Shown here: one piece after another, positions 49,163 to 57,644 of the stretch | Layout of the letters: each line of letters starts with the position of its first letter | Numbering within the stretch: position 1 is the first letter of the stretch | Assembly: GCA_045588365.1 (NCBI GenBank) | Contig: JAZNEB010000024.1 | Span: forward strand, 114,854-178,853 | From: Clostridia bacterium | Lineage (GTDB): Bacteria > Bacillota > Clostridia > CAKSNL01 > HGM11501 | Length of the DNA stretch: 64,000 bases | Direction: 5' to 3' | Made by a program: the position numbers and the translations under genes | The notes under the pieces: generated by a model | The model's input: the letters and a program-made list of their open reading frames with translations, nothing else | The model's database searches: none | Told to the model about the DNA's origin: nothing

Positions 49163-50824
49163 TTATTTCTCCTTAACCTTGATATTATCCTTTTTATCCG
49201 GAATCTGCATGGGCAAAACTTCCTCAGCCTTGTCAATTATACAGTCTATTACGAAAGGTCCCTCAAAGGAAAAAGCCTCCGAAAGTGCTGTTTCAAGGTC
49301 AGAAAGATTTTCCGCCCGTCTGCCTTCTGCCCCGAAAGCCTTTGAAAGAGCCACAAAATCGGTTTTTCTCGTAACTTCCGTCCCTGAATAATGCTTTTCG
49401 TAAAAATGTGTCTGCCACTGGCGGACCATTCCCAAAACCCCGTTATTCATAATTAAAATAACTACGGGTATTTTCTCTGTTACCATTGTAGCCAGCTCTG
49501 TAAGATTCATGGAAAAGCTTCCGTCTCCCGTTATTAAAACCGACCTCTCACCTAAAGCTAACGAAGCTCCCATAGAAGCACCCATACCGAAGCCCATGGT
49601 CCCGAGACCACCTGAAGACAAAAACCGTTTTTCCTTTTTAAATTTTACAAATTGTGCAGTCCACATCTGATGCTGACCTACATCTGTTGCTACGGGAGTA
49701 TTTTCTCCAAGAAAGCCTGACAAAAGCTCCAAAATGTTTTTGGGAGTCATACCCTCTCTTTTGTCTTCATTTTCTTTTTCAATTTCCTTAAACTTTTTTA
49801 TTTCCTTCTGCCATTCAGGATTTTTCTTTTCGCCTACCAAAGGCAAAAGCTTTATTAAGGTTTCCTTTAAGTCCCCTCGGAGGCAGTGGTCTGTGGGCAT
49901 AATCTTTGAAAGCTCCGCCCCGTCGATATCTATATGAACTATCTTAGCCTTATCTGAAATCCTGCTTTTATCTCCTCTTGCCCTTTCTGAAAAACGTACG
50001 CCCAAAGCTATAATAAGGTCTGCATTTTCCATAGTTAGGGAGTTCGCTTTATTTCCGTGCATTCCCGAAAGCCCCAGATATCTTTCATTATCTGAGGGAA
50101 GAGTTGAAATTCCCATAAGGGAGCTTCCCATGGGAGCATCAATTTTTTCTGCCAGCTCCATCATCAATTCCTTGGCTCCCGAGGTGGAAAGACCACCACC
50201 GAAATAGATATAGGGCTTTTTGGCTTTATTGATAGCCTCTGCAGCCTCTTTAATCCTTATTTCCTTTGCGGAAAAAGGCTCATCCGTTTTTATTCCCGTC
50301 TTTTCGGTATATTCCCACATGGCTTTTTGCACATCACCGGGCACGTCAATTAAAACTGGCCCCTGTCTTCCCGATAATGCCAGAGAAAACGCCTCAATTA
50401 TTGTGTCCTGAAGCTCACTTACGTCATCCACAAAATAGTTATGCTTTGTGATTGGAAGTGTTATACCGGTTATATCTATCTCCTGAAAGTTGTCGTTTCC
50501 AATCTGGCTTGATGCCACATTTCCCGTGATTGCCACCATTGGCACAGAATCAAGGTGAGCTGTAGCAATACCAGTTACAAGATTTGTAGCTCCGGGACCC
50601 GAGGTTGCCATTACAACCCCTACTTCACCGGTTGCTCTTGAATATCCGTCTGCCGCATGGGCTGCCCCCTGCTCATGGCAGGTAAGGACATGGCGGATTT
50701 CATCCTTATATTTATAAAGAGAATCATAGACGTTTAATATCTGTCCTCCGGGATAGCCAAAGACAACCTTGCAATTTAAATCAATCAAAGTTCTGACTAA
50801 AATATCTGCACCTGACAAAAGCAT
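49163..50824 (-). CDS. ilvB: Acetolactate synthase large subunit (ThDP-dependent)
   Basis: 553 aa, ...GYPGGQILNVYDSL...; TPP-binding GDGSF...N motif. Confidence 0.85.
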   Translation of the reverse strand: MLLSGADILVRTLIDLNCKVVFGYPGGQILNVYDSLYKYKDEIRHVLTCHEQGAAHAADGYSRATGEVGVVMATSGPGATNLVTGIATAHLDSVPMVAITGNVASSQIGNDNFQEIDITGITLPITKHNYFVDDVSELQDTIIEAFSLALSGRQGPVLIDVPGDVQKAMWEYTEKTGIKTDEPFSAKEIRIKEAAEAINKAKKPYIYFGGGLSTSGAKELMMELAEKIDAPMGSSLMGISTLPSDNERYLGLSGMHGNKANSLTMENADLIIALGVRFSERARGDKSRISDKAKIVHIDIDGAELSKIMPTDHCLRGDLKETLIKLLPLVGEKKNPEWQKEIKKFKEIEKENEDKREGMTPKNILELLSGFLGENTPVATDVGQHQMWTAQFVKFKKEKRFLSSGGLGTMGFGMGASMGASLALGERSVLITGDGSFSMNLTELATMVTEKIPVVILIMNNGVLGMVRQWQTHFYEKHYSGTEVTRKTDFVALSKAFGAEGRRAENLSDLETALSEAFSFEGPFVIDCIIDKAEEVLPMQIPDKKDNIKVKEK

Positions 50825-50884
50825 ATAAACGCCTCCTTTTCTTTCATTAAACTTTATTTTATATCTATAATCTTATTTTGTCAA

Positions 50885-51532
50885 CTACCATATAAAGTTG
50901 GACCTTGCTGCTTCTCCGTTATCAATAAGTATATCCTGTGCGGTCATTGATTTGTTTATGACTGTTACAAAATATGCCCAATCGGCTATTTCAGAAGGTT
51001 CTGCCCATTTTTTTATAAGGGTTTCATCCATGATTTTACCCCAGAGCCGAGGGTCATTCATAACGTGGCTGTTAAGCTCCGTACGGACTCCCCCGGGAGA
51101 TAAGCTGTTGCTTGTGGCATTATATTTCGCAATTCTTAAGGCCACGTTTTTCATGTAGCTTACCATTCCGCCCTTGCTTGCAGCATACACGGGAAATTCT
51201 GCTCCCGTAGATGCGGAGGCGGATGCAATGAATAAAATGCTTTTTATGTTTTTATTTATTCCATACTTTTCGGTAACACGGATTGTTCCCTTTAGGTTTA
51301 TGTCAATATCATCTTCTGAATCCTGGACTCCTGCATTGTTGATTAAAATATCTATGCCTGAAATATCGGGAAGTTCTGAAGAAAAGATATCCCCCTGAAA
51401 GTGAGTATATTTTTCATGTTTAAGGCTTTCTTTTTCTATATCGATGCCAAAAACCTCATGGCCCTCGTCCAAAAACTTTTTGGCAATGGCATATCCTATA
51501 CCCTTAGAAGTTCCTGTAATTAAAACTCTCAT
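50885..51532 (-). CDS. Short-chain dehydrogenase/reductase (SDR) family oxidoreductase
   Basis: MRVLITGTSKGIGYAIAKKFLDEGHEV (TGxxxGxG) ... NNAG ... YAASK catalytic motif. The start is taken at MRVLITG because the ORF-track start overlaps the upstream gene. Confidence 0.7.
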   Translation of the reverse strand: MRVLITGTSKGIGYAIAKKFLDEGHEVFGIDIEKESLKHEKYTHFQGDIFSSELPDISGIDILINNAGVQDSEDDIDINLKGTIRVTEKYGINKNIKSILFIASASASTGAEFPVYAASKGGMVSYMKNVALRIAKYNATSNSLSPGGVRTELNSHVMNDPRLWGKIMDETLIKKWAEPSEIADWAYFVTVINKSMTAQDILIDNGEAARSNFIW

Positions 51533-52272
51533 TTCGTTCCCACCTTTATAAGATATTCTTTTCCCACTTCTTCTTTTTCCCACTTCTTAAGTATTCTGTA
51601 CCCTAATTTCGCAAAAATAAGTTCTGTCAAAAGCTCAATTAAAACGCCGGTCAGGGCACAGTTTATACACTGAATAAGACTCCAGCCGAAAAAGGCACGG
51701 CTTACCAAAAGGGCAAAAACCAGATTGTCAGAAAGCTGTCCCAATGTAGTTGATATATAAGTTCTTTTGAAAAAGGCTAAAAATCCTTTTTTGTTTTTGC
51801 AAAGCTTTTTCCCTACGAAGTGATTGGTGAAGTTATTTACAAAGGCAGATACCAAAAACGATACGGCACTTCCAAAAATCACATACCAGGAGCCGCCGAA
51901 GGTTTTGTCCAAAGCATTATTAATGGCTTCACCAAAAGAGGAATCAAAAGATGCTCCCCAGCTTCCCGGAATTTTACTTACCAGAAAGAAAACCAGACAA
52001 AGTCCCAGGTTTATTATAATTGCAATTACGGATATTTCCGTTGCCGCCTTTGGCCCGAAGCGGTTGGTTATTATATCCATGGTCAGAAAAGCAAACCAGG
52101 AAATGACCATTCCGCAGTCCAATGCCATAAATGAATAGGGCAAATGGATGCTTTTATTCGCCAGTAAATTCATGGAAAAAACCGTCAGTATAAAAAGCAC
52201 GAAAATAATTGACGGTACGGACTTTACCAAAAGACTTATCTCTTCTTTTTTTCTTTTAATCTTACCAATCAT
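51529..52272 (-). CDS. YhhQ/VUT-family queuosine-precursor transporter
   Basis: ...FLTMDIITNRFGPKAATEISVIAIIINLGL..., similar to E. coli YhhQ FLATDLTVRIFGAPLARRIIFAV; 6 TM helices; RBS GGAGGA before the MIGKIK start. Confidence 0.65.
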   Translation of the reverse strand: MIGKIKRKKEEISLLVKSVPSIIFVLFILTVFSMNLLANKSIHLPYSFMALDCGMVISWFAFLTMDIITNRFGPKAATEISVIAIIINLGLCLVFFLVSKIPGSWGASFDSSFGEAINNALDKTFGGSWYVIFGSAVSFLVSAFVNNFTNHFVGKKLCKNKKGFLAFFKRTYISTTLGQLSDNLVFALLVSRAFFGWSLIQCINCALTGVLIELLTELIFAKLGYRILKKWEKEEVGKEYLIKVGTK

Positions 52273-52380
52273 TTTATCCTCCAAATATAAAAGGGTAGCA
52301 TAATGCCACCCTTTTTTCCATAGTTTTATTCTGGGCTTACGCCCGAACAGGATGGTTACGAACTGTTCCAGGTAAAAATT
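52273..52380 (-). promoter_or_regulatory. Structured leader of the yhhQ-like gene: terminator-like hairpin before the RBS, possible preQ1-type aptamer
   Basis: Minus-strand RNA: GAACAG-UUCGUAACCAUC-CUGUUC hairpin, GGGC-GUAA-GCCC, AAUAAAACUAUGG tail (resembling the preQ1-I AAAAAACUA tail), then AAAAGGGUGGCAU-UAUGCUACCCUUUUAUAUUU, an intrinsic-terminator-like hairpin, immediately before GGAGGA-ATG. Confidence 0.35.
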
Positions 52381-52560
52381 TTTCAATAAAGAAAAATTTT
52401 TACCGAAGTTGACTCTTCGTTAAAAATGCGAATAGCATTTTAGAAGATGTCAACACATTATTTACCAAAATGCGAACAGCATTTTGTTTTTTTCAATAAA
52501 GAAAAATTTTTACCGAAGTTGACTCTTCGTTAAAAAATGCGAATAGCATTTTAGAAGTGT
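52373..52560. repeat. Tandem duplication of about 112 bp (2 copies) in the yhhQ-trehalase intergenic region
   Basis: TTTCAATAAAGAAAAATTTTTACCGAAGTTGACTCTTCGTTAAAAATGCGAATAGCATTTTAGAAG...TGTCAA... occurs twice; each copy carries the AAAAUGC-UAUUC-GCAUUUU hairpin and a TTGACA hexamer on the minus strand. Confidence 0.7.
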
Positions 52561-52579
52561 CAATCAGATATTTAGTTTT

Positions 52580-53809
52580 TTATTTATCATTTTCTTTAAC
52601 TAACTTCTTGGAGTAAAGATAAATCCCTGCACTCCAACCCATCATGGGTGGTGTCTTATATTCCTTGGTAGCAGAAACACTGCCGTCAATGGAATTGTAC
52701 TTTTCCCAGAGCTGTCCTGTTGCTTCAAAGTTCATATCAGCAACTTCAATGTATTTTTTAGCAAGTCGTATGGCATCCTCGGTATATCCGTAACGCATAA
52801 AGCCTTTCATTAACAAAAGCTGTAATGGAGGCCATCCGTGAGGGAAGTCCCACTGAAGATTCATTAAATCGTCTCTCTTTTCACAAGCGGCAACTGCATA
52901 TCTTCCTTCAAGGCGGGGAAGTAACTTCATGGTCTTTTCAGCCTGTTCTGCTGTAGCAAGTCCAACGAACAAAGGATAGAACATGGCAAGTGATACCAAG
53001 TCCCCTTTCTTTTTATTAACAAAATCATAGTCGCAGAACGCTCCAATTTCTTCGTCCCACATAAGCTCATTCATAAGGGTGGCTCTCTTTTCAGCTCTCT
53101 CTTCCCAGATGTTTTCTTCACCCAGGCCAAGCTCCTTTGAGAAGTAAGCCATATTGGTCTCAAGACCGTAAAGCATGGAGTTTAAGCACACAAAGTTAAA
53201 GTGATGATTGTAAACTCCCGCACGGGAGGAAAAGTCCCATCCGCTTTCTGCCCCTGACTGGAAGCTTAAGCTGTATTCTAAAATTTCTTCTTCGGATGTT
53301 GGCATCTCCCTATGTATTCTTCTGCAGTACTCCCTGGCGCATTTTTCATGCTTTGGGTCTGCCCCTAAATATCTGTTAAGGCCGCTTTCGGTCATTCTAT
53401 TTTTCTGCCAGAACTTATATTCCTTTGTTAAAGCATCATAGGCTGTTTTAAGCCATTCTTTATTGGGAAGAGCCTTGTAAACCTCTAAAACCATCATTGA
53501 CAAAAAGGGAGGTTGGCTTCTTGTTTCAAACATATGCCTGTTTGCATTGGGAACATAGCCAAAACGGTTTACCATGTAAATCATGTTGTCAACATTATCC
53601 CTTGCGCTTTCTTCCCTACCGCTTAAAAGCAGACCGAAGTTTGTGAAAAATGTACCCCAGTAGTAAATTTCGTTAAACATGGAACCAACACCTGCAACAG
53701 TGTAAGGCTTGGGCAACCCTATAAATCCATCAGGTCCCTCTGTATCTTCTGTTCTGAAACGGTAATTGCTGTCCCATGTTTTTTCAATGTACTTCTCAAC
53801 TTTATTCAT
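52580..53809 (-). CDS. treA: Alpha,alpha-trehalase (GH37 family)
   Basis: ...SGWDFSSR... and ...QWDFPHGWPPLQ... trehalase signature blocks; about 410 aa. Confidence 0.8.
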   Translation of the reverse strand: MNKVEKYIEKTWDSNYRFRTEDTEGPDGFIGLPKPYTVAGVGSMFNEIYYWGTFFTNFGLLLSGREESARDNVDNMIYMVNRFGYVPNANRHMFETRSQPPFLSMMVLEVYKALPNKEWLKTAYDALTKEYKFWQKNRMTESGLNRYLGADPKHEKCAREYCRRIHREMPTSEEEILEYSLSFQSGAESGWDFSSRAGVYNHHFNFVCLNSMLYGLETNMAYFSKELGLGEENIWEERAEKRATLMNELMWDEEIGAFCDYDFVNKKKGDLVSLAMFYPLFVGLATAEQAEKTMKLLPRLEGRYAVAACEKRDDLMNLQWDFPHGWPPLQLLLMKGFMRYGYTEDAIRLAKKYIEVADMNFEATGQLWEKYNSIDGSVSATKEYKTPPMMGWSAGIYLYSKKLVKENDK

Positions 53810-53931
53810 AAAATAACCTCCTTGATATGAATTCAAGAAAATTATACACTATTTTAAATTATTTTTGAATGCACTAAACGCTTAAAAAAATTGTACTTTT
53901 AGCTGCTTTTAGAATTAACCTTACTATCATT

Positions 53932-54897
53932 TCATTTTTTATCCATGTATCTAAGCTGCTGCGCTTTTGTGTTTCTCTCCCAGAAAACACCGTCTGAATA
54001 ACCCTGAATAGTTTTATCTTTATCTGCCATTTCAAGCCTTTTTTCACATATGGCGGCGTAGTCTTCGTTTTTCTCTATTCCAATAAAATGTCTTTTAAGT
54101 TTTTTTGCCACAACCGATGTGGTTCCCGAGCCTAAAAAGGGGTCAAAAATCACATCCCCCTCATTTGAGCTTGCCAAGATGAGCTTTGCAAGAAGCTTTT
54201 CGGGCTTTTGAGTGGGATGGGGCGTGTTTTCCGCCATGGACCAGTAGGGAACGGATAAATCGTCCCAGAAATTGGACGGATAGGTGTTTCTGAAATTTCC
54301 GTCTTTTGTTTCTTCCCAGTCCTTGGGTGCTCCGTCTTTTTTGTAAGGTGCCATTACCCTTCTTCTAATTTTTACGTCATCAACGTTGAAAGTATAATCC
54401 TTGCCAAAAGTAGCAAACCATATATCTTCCATGCCGTTTTTCCAGTTGCCTTTGGCCCCTCTGCCCTTTTCCCTTTGCCAGGTAATGCGGTTTTTTATGT
54501 GAAAATATTTTTTTAATACATTTCCTATTATCATGCCTGACTCCCAGTCGCAGCAAACATAAAGGGAGGCGTTTTTCTTTAAAAGAGGGAGTACTTTTTT
54601 AATCCAATTTTCGGTGTATTCTTCATATTCCTCTTCGGTGGTTTTCTTAAATTTATTTCCCCCGAAGTTTTTTTCCATATTATAAGGAGGATCTACAATA
54701 AGCAGGTCCACAAAAGCTTTTGGAAGAAAATCCATTATCTTTAAGGTGTCGCCCAACAGAGTTTTATCTAAAACTTCAGGTAAGGAAATCTCTTTTTCTA
54801 TTTTTAAGCACCGCGCAAGATAAAGCTTTTTTTCTTCTTCCATAAGCCTTATGGTCTTATTTCTCTCTGTCAAAGCTCCCACCTCCCCAAAGTACAA
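53932..54897 (-). CDS. Solitary DNA methyltransferase (N6-adenine/N4-cytosine, beta class)
   Basis: Motif IV LLIVDPPYN precedes motif I VIFDPFLGSGTTSVVA: the beta-class order typical of the N6_N4_Mtase family. No adjacent restriction endonuclease candidate. Confidence 0.8.
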   Translation of the reverse strand: MYFGEVGALTERNKTIRLMEEEKKLYLARCLKIEKEISLPEVLDKTLLGDTLKIMDFLPKAFVDLLIVDPPYNMEKNFGGNKFKKTTEEEYEEYTENWIKKVLPLLKKNASLYVCCDWESGMIIGNVLKKYFHIKNRITWQREKGRGAKGNWKNGMEDIWFATFGKDYTFNVDDVKIRRRVMAPYKKDGAPKDWEETKDGNFRNTYPSNFWDDLSVPYWSMAENTPHPTQKPEKLLAKLILASSNEGDVIFDPFLGSGTTSVVAKKLKRHFIGIEKNEDYAAICEKRLEMADKDKTIQGYSDGVFWERNTKAQQLRYMDKK

Positions 54898-54943
54898 TTA
54901 CTTATCATATATTGTACTTTAGGTTAAAAGAAAAGTCAAGAAA

Positions 54944-54970
54944 AAAAGCACCGCCAAGGGCGGTGCTTTT
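54944..54970. terminator. Palindromic terminator AAAGCACCGCC-AAG-GGCGGTGCTTTT (copy 2 of 3)
   Basis: Same 8-bp stem as 22437 and 60281; lies between the MTase and toxin/immunity cassette 2. Confidence 0.6.
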
Positions 54971-55079
54971 CAGGGGCAAATTACTTAAAAAGCAGTTTTA
55001 TACTAAGAAACTTATAATCTTCCGATCAAAAATGACTGTAACAAAAAGCGGGCGTCGCCTTTTGTCTGCCGTCACCACT

Positions 55080-55646
55080 TTACTTCTTCCTGATTTCATA
55101 GTCGAAGCTGATCATTCTTACGCCGAAAAGCTCTTCTGCTTTGTCGTTATGTATAATTTGGCTTTGACTATGTCCGTAATCATCTATATAAGAAACATCT
55201 ACACCATTCGGGTCATGGGGTGGATTATCTCCCCAACCGATATCCATATAAAAATTCGCATTTCCGGCATAGTAATAGATTCGAGTGGCATTATGCCCAA
55301 AAAGATCTGTAGTCTCTACGTCGGAAAGATCAAGTAAATTGAAGGAAAGATGCGCATCTGCGTCTTCTTTTGTTTCCTTACTTGGGATGTATATTTTATA
55401 TACCTTTTCAATTCCTGGCGCTGAATAAAATGTGAACTTATGGCGGTCAAACTCACAAACAGCAGTATCGGAAATGGTGATGACCTCTCCGTTTAGTGAA
55501 TACTTTAATGTAAAGTCTATTTCCTTTTTTCTTTCCGGAATAAATTCTTTAACCAAAGATATTACAGGCATACTAAAACAAAGAAAAATGAAAGCATATA
55601 AAACTGCGCCAATAGCAAAAACGGCAATGAGTAAAGTTTTTTTCAT
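55080..55646 (-). CDS. Small N-terminally anchored protein, candidate immunity protein (tandem paralog 1)
   Basis: 188 aa, MKKTLLIAVFAIGAVLYAFIFLCFSMPVISLVKEF...AEELFGVRMISFDYEIRKK. The first 60 aa are identical to the neighbouring paralog; the central region diverges. Confidence 0.6.
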   Translation of the reverse strand: MKKTLLIAVFAIGAVLYAFIFLCFSMPVISLVKEFIPERKKEIDFTLKYSLNGEVITISDTAVCEFDRHKFTFYSAPGIEKVYKIYIPSKETKEDADAHLSFNLLDLSDVETTDLFGHNATRIYYYAGNANFYMDIGWGDNPPHDPNGVDVSYIDDYGHSQSQIIHNDKAEELFGVRMISFDYEIRKK

Positions 55647-55663
55647 AAAAATCCCCTTTTATT

Positions 55664-56236
55664 TTACTTCTTCCTGATTTCATAGTCGAAACTAATCATT
55701 CTTACGCCGAAAAGCTCTTCTGCCTCGTCTGCAGTAAAGCTACCATAAACAATCTTTCCGTCCTTTTTGTAAGCAAATTCAACCCAGTCATCGCTGATAC
55801 TTTGGGGGGGAACGGGATGTTGCCCGGATTCATTCATATAGAAATTTCCATTTCCACCATAGAAATAAAGCTCCAGTATCTCTTTTCCAAATTTTTCATA
55901 TGTGTTCTCTTTCCGTAAATCAAGTAAAGTTATAAACAAAGCTTCATTGTCCATATCGGGCTTTTCCTTGCCCGGGATGTATATTTTATATACCTTTTCA
56001 ATTCCTGGCGCTGAATAAAATGTGAACTTATGGCGGTCAAACTCACAAACAGCAGTATCGGAAATGGTGATGACCTCTCCGTTTAGTGAATACTTTAAGG
56101 TGAAATCTATTTCTTTTTTTCTTTCCGGAATAAATTCTTTAACCAAAGATATTACAGGCATACTAAAACAAAGAAAAATGAAAGCATATAAAACTGCGCT
56201 AATAGCAAAAACGGCAATGAGTAAAGTTTTTTTCAT
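55664..56236 (-). CDS. Small N-terminally anchored protein, candidate immunity protein (tandem paralog 2)
   Basis: 190 aa. Same N- and C-terminal blocks; immediately downstream of the GHSKGG hydrolase gene through the conserved junction AAGTAAAATAAAAGGGGATTTTTATG. Confidence 0.6.
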   Translation of the reverse strand: MKKTLLIAVFAISAVLYAFIFLCFSMPVISLVKEFIPERKKEIDFTLKYSLNGEVITISDTAVCEFDRHKFTFYSAPGIEKVYKIYIPGKEKPDMDNEALFITLLDLRKENTYEKFGKEILELYFYGGNGNFYMNESGQHPVPPQSISDDWVEFAYKKDGKIVYGSFTADEAEELFGVRMISFDYEIRKK

Positions 56237-56248
56237 AAAAATCCCCTT

Positions 56249-57601
56249 TTATTTTACTTCTTTGAGTGCACCAATGGCGGACTCGATTTTGTGATTTTTA
56301 TATCCCCCGTACAAAATAGCTGCAACTTTTAATACGTCTATTAAGTTTGAAGGTGTTTTCGGAATGAATTTAAGTAAATGTGCCCATTCATTCTGATCCG
56401 GCAGGAAAGTTACATCAACATTTTCATTTACATACTTTTGGACATCGTGTAAAATCTCATTTTCCACTATGTAAGCTTTAATATTACCGGTATAATTTTC
56501 AGACGAAACTCCGTAGTCTTCTAAGTTTGCCCAGGCGGGATTGAAAACCACGGCATCGCAATTTGTAGCAGTTGCTGCGGCAATTGCCTCGGCACCACCC
56601 TTTGAGTGTCCCACAAAGGTTACCTTTTTATCCCCGGCATAATTTTTGAAAATCTTTGCATAAGCGATGGCTTCTTTCATATCTCTGGAATCGGGTCCTG
56701 AAACCTGTTCGAAATTGTTTTCCCAATCAATCCACTCTTTACTTCCCTCGTAAGCAACTATATATTCTGATGGGTCATAAGGATTGTCGTCTTTCTTAAT
56801 ATATACTCCCAGTTTTAACCCCTCTCTGCCACGGAAACAATGAAGCAATTCCCAGATGGATACTTCTTTATCGTCGTCACTTGAATTTTCATCATTATTA
56901 TATATATGCTGTGCAATTTCTGCGGCATCAAGATCAAAATCGGATATTTCATCCACCTTTGTGCTGAGATTTTTTAGGGGGACTTTGCCGGAAGGTAAAT
57001 CAAGCGCTACTGTTTCGTAGACAGGAGGCTTAAATAAATTAAATTCCTCATCTGCGTAATTAAATTCAGCTTGTTCTTCTTCGGTAAAACTTGTTTCGTT
57101 TTCTGATGGATAAGGGAACTTTACTTCTTTTGGGAAAGAATTATATAAGGCATCTTCATATATGCTTTGAGAAAAGTTTTCCGAAGAAGGCTCTTTCGCC
57201 TCATTATCTTTCTCTCTTTTTTTATCACTTATAGCTTTCCAGGTTTTATCACCTACAACACCATCGGGAAAAAGGCCGTTATCCTCCTGAAACTTTATAA
57301 CAGAATTAAATGTGTTTATGCCGTAAATGCCATCTTCCTCTAGCTTTTCACCTCTGCCGTCGGTATAGCCCATAGAATTAAGTTCCTTTTGTAATTCCTT
57401 TATGGTATAAGGTGAGCCGGAATGTACCGAAAGCTCTGATCCCTTTTCCTTTAAGCTTTCAAAATCTTCCTCATTTTCTGCGAAAGCATCCTCGGTTACC
57501 GCATTTTCCTTAATGCGGGCAGGGGAAGTTTCAAAGGCCTTGTCTATAGTGGCAAAAGCTCCGTGTTTTCGCGGATTATTAACATTATCACTGGCTTCCA
57601 C
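56249..57601 (-). CDS. PG_binding_1-domain protein with C-terminal alpha/beta-hydrolase (lipase/esterase-like, GHSKGG) domain; 5'-truncated relative to its paralog and lacking an ATG start
   Basis: One PG-binding repeat (LQKELNSMGYTDGRGEKLEEDGIYGINTFNSVIKFQEDNGLFPDGVVGDKTW). C terminus ...YIVAYEGSKEWIDWENNF...KVTFVGHSKGGAEAIAAA... (nucleophile elbow GxSxG). The reading frame stays open upstream to a stop at about 57656 with only a GTG at 57601. Confidence 0.6.
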   Translation of the reverse strand: MEASDNVNNPRKHGAFATIDKAFETSPARIKENAVTEDAFAENEEDFESLKEKGSELSVHSGSPYTIKELQKELNSMGYTDGRGEKLEEDGIYGINTFNSVIKFQEDNGLFPDGVVGDKTWKAISDKKREKDNEAKEPSSENFSQSIYEDALYNSFPKEVKFPYPSENETSFTEEEQAEFNYADEEFNLFKPPVYETVALDLPSGKVPLKNLSTKVDEISDFDLDAAEIAQHIYNNDENSSDDDKEVSIWELLHCFRGREGLKLGVYIKKDDNPYDPSEYIVAYEGSKEWIDWENNFEQVSGPDSRDMKEAIAYAKIFKNYAGDKKVTFVGHSKGGAEAIAAATATNCDAVVFNPAWANLEDYGVSSENYTGNIKAYIVENEILHDVQKYVNENVDVTFLPDQNEWAHLLKFIPKTPSNLIDVLKVAAILYGGYKNHKIESAIGALKEVK

Positions 57602-57644
57602 ATCATTTTGCGGAGAGACTGCTCCGCTGTCTGTGTTGGAGAGG

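Noticed and set aside
50885-51583. ORF-track start MGKRRSGKRISYKGGNE for the SDR gene
   Set aside because: It overlaps the end of the upstream yhhQ-like gene. The Rossmann motif begins right after the internal Met (MRVLITGTSKGIG), which gives a 4-bp ATGA overlap typical of operons.
53932-54897. Type II restriction-modification system
   Set aside because: Only the methyltransferase is present. Flanking ORFs are trehalase and the immunity-like proteins, and no endonuclease-like ORF occurs within 3 kb on either side.
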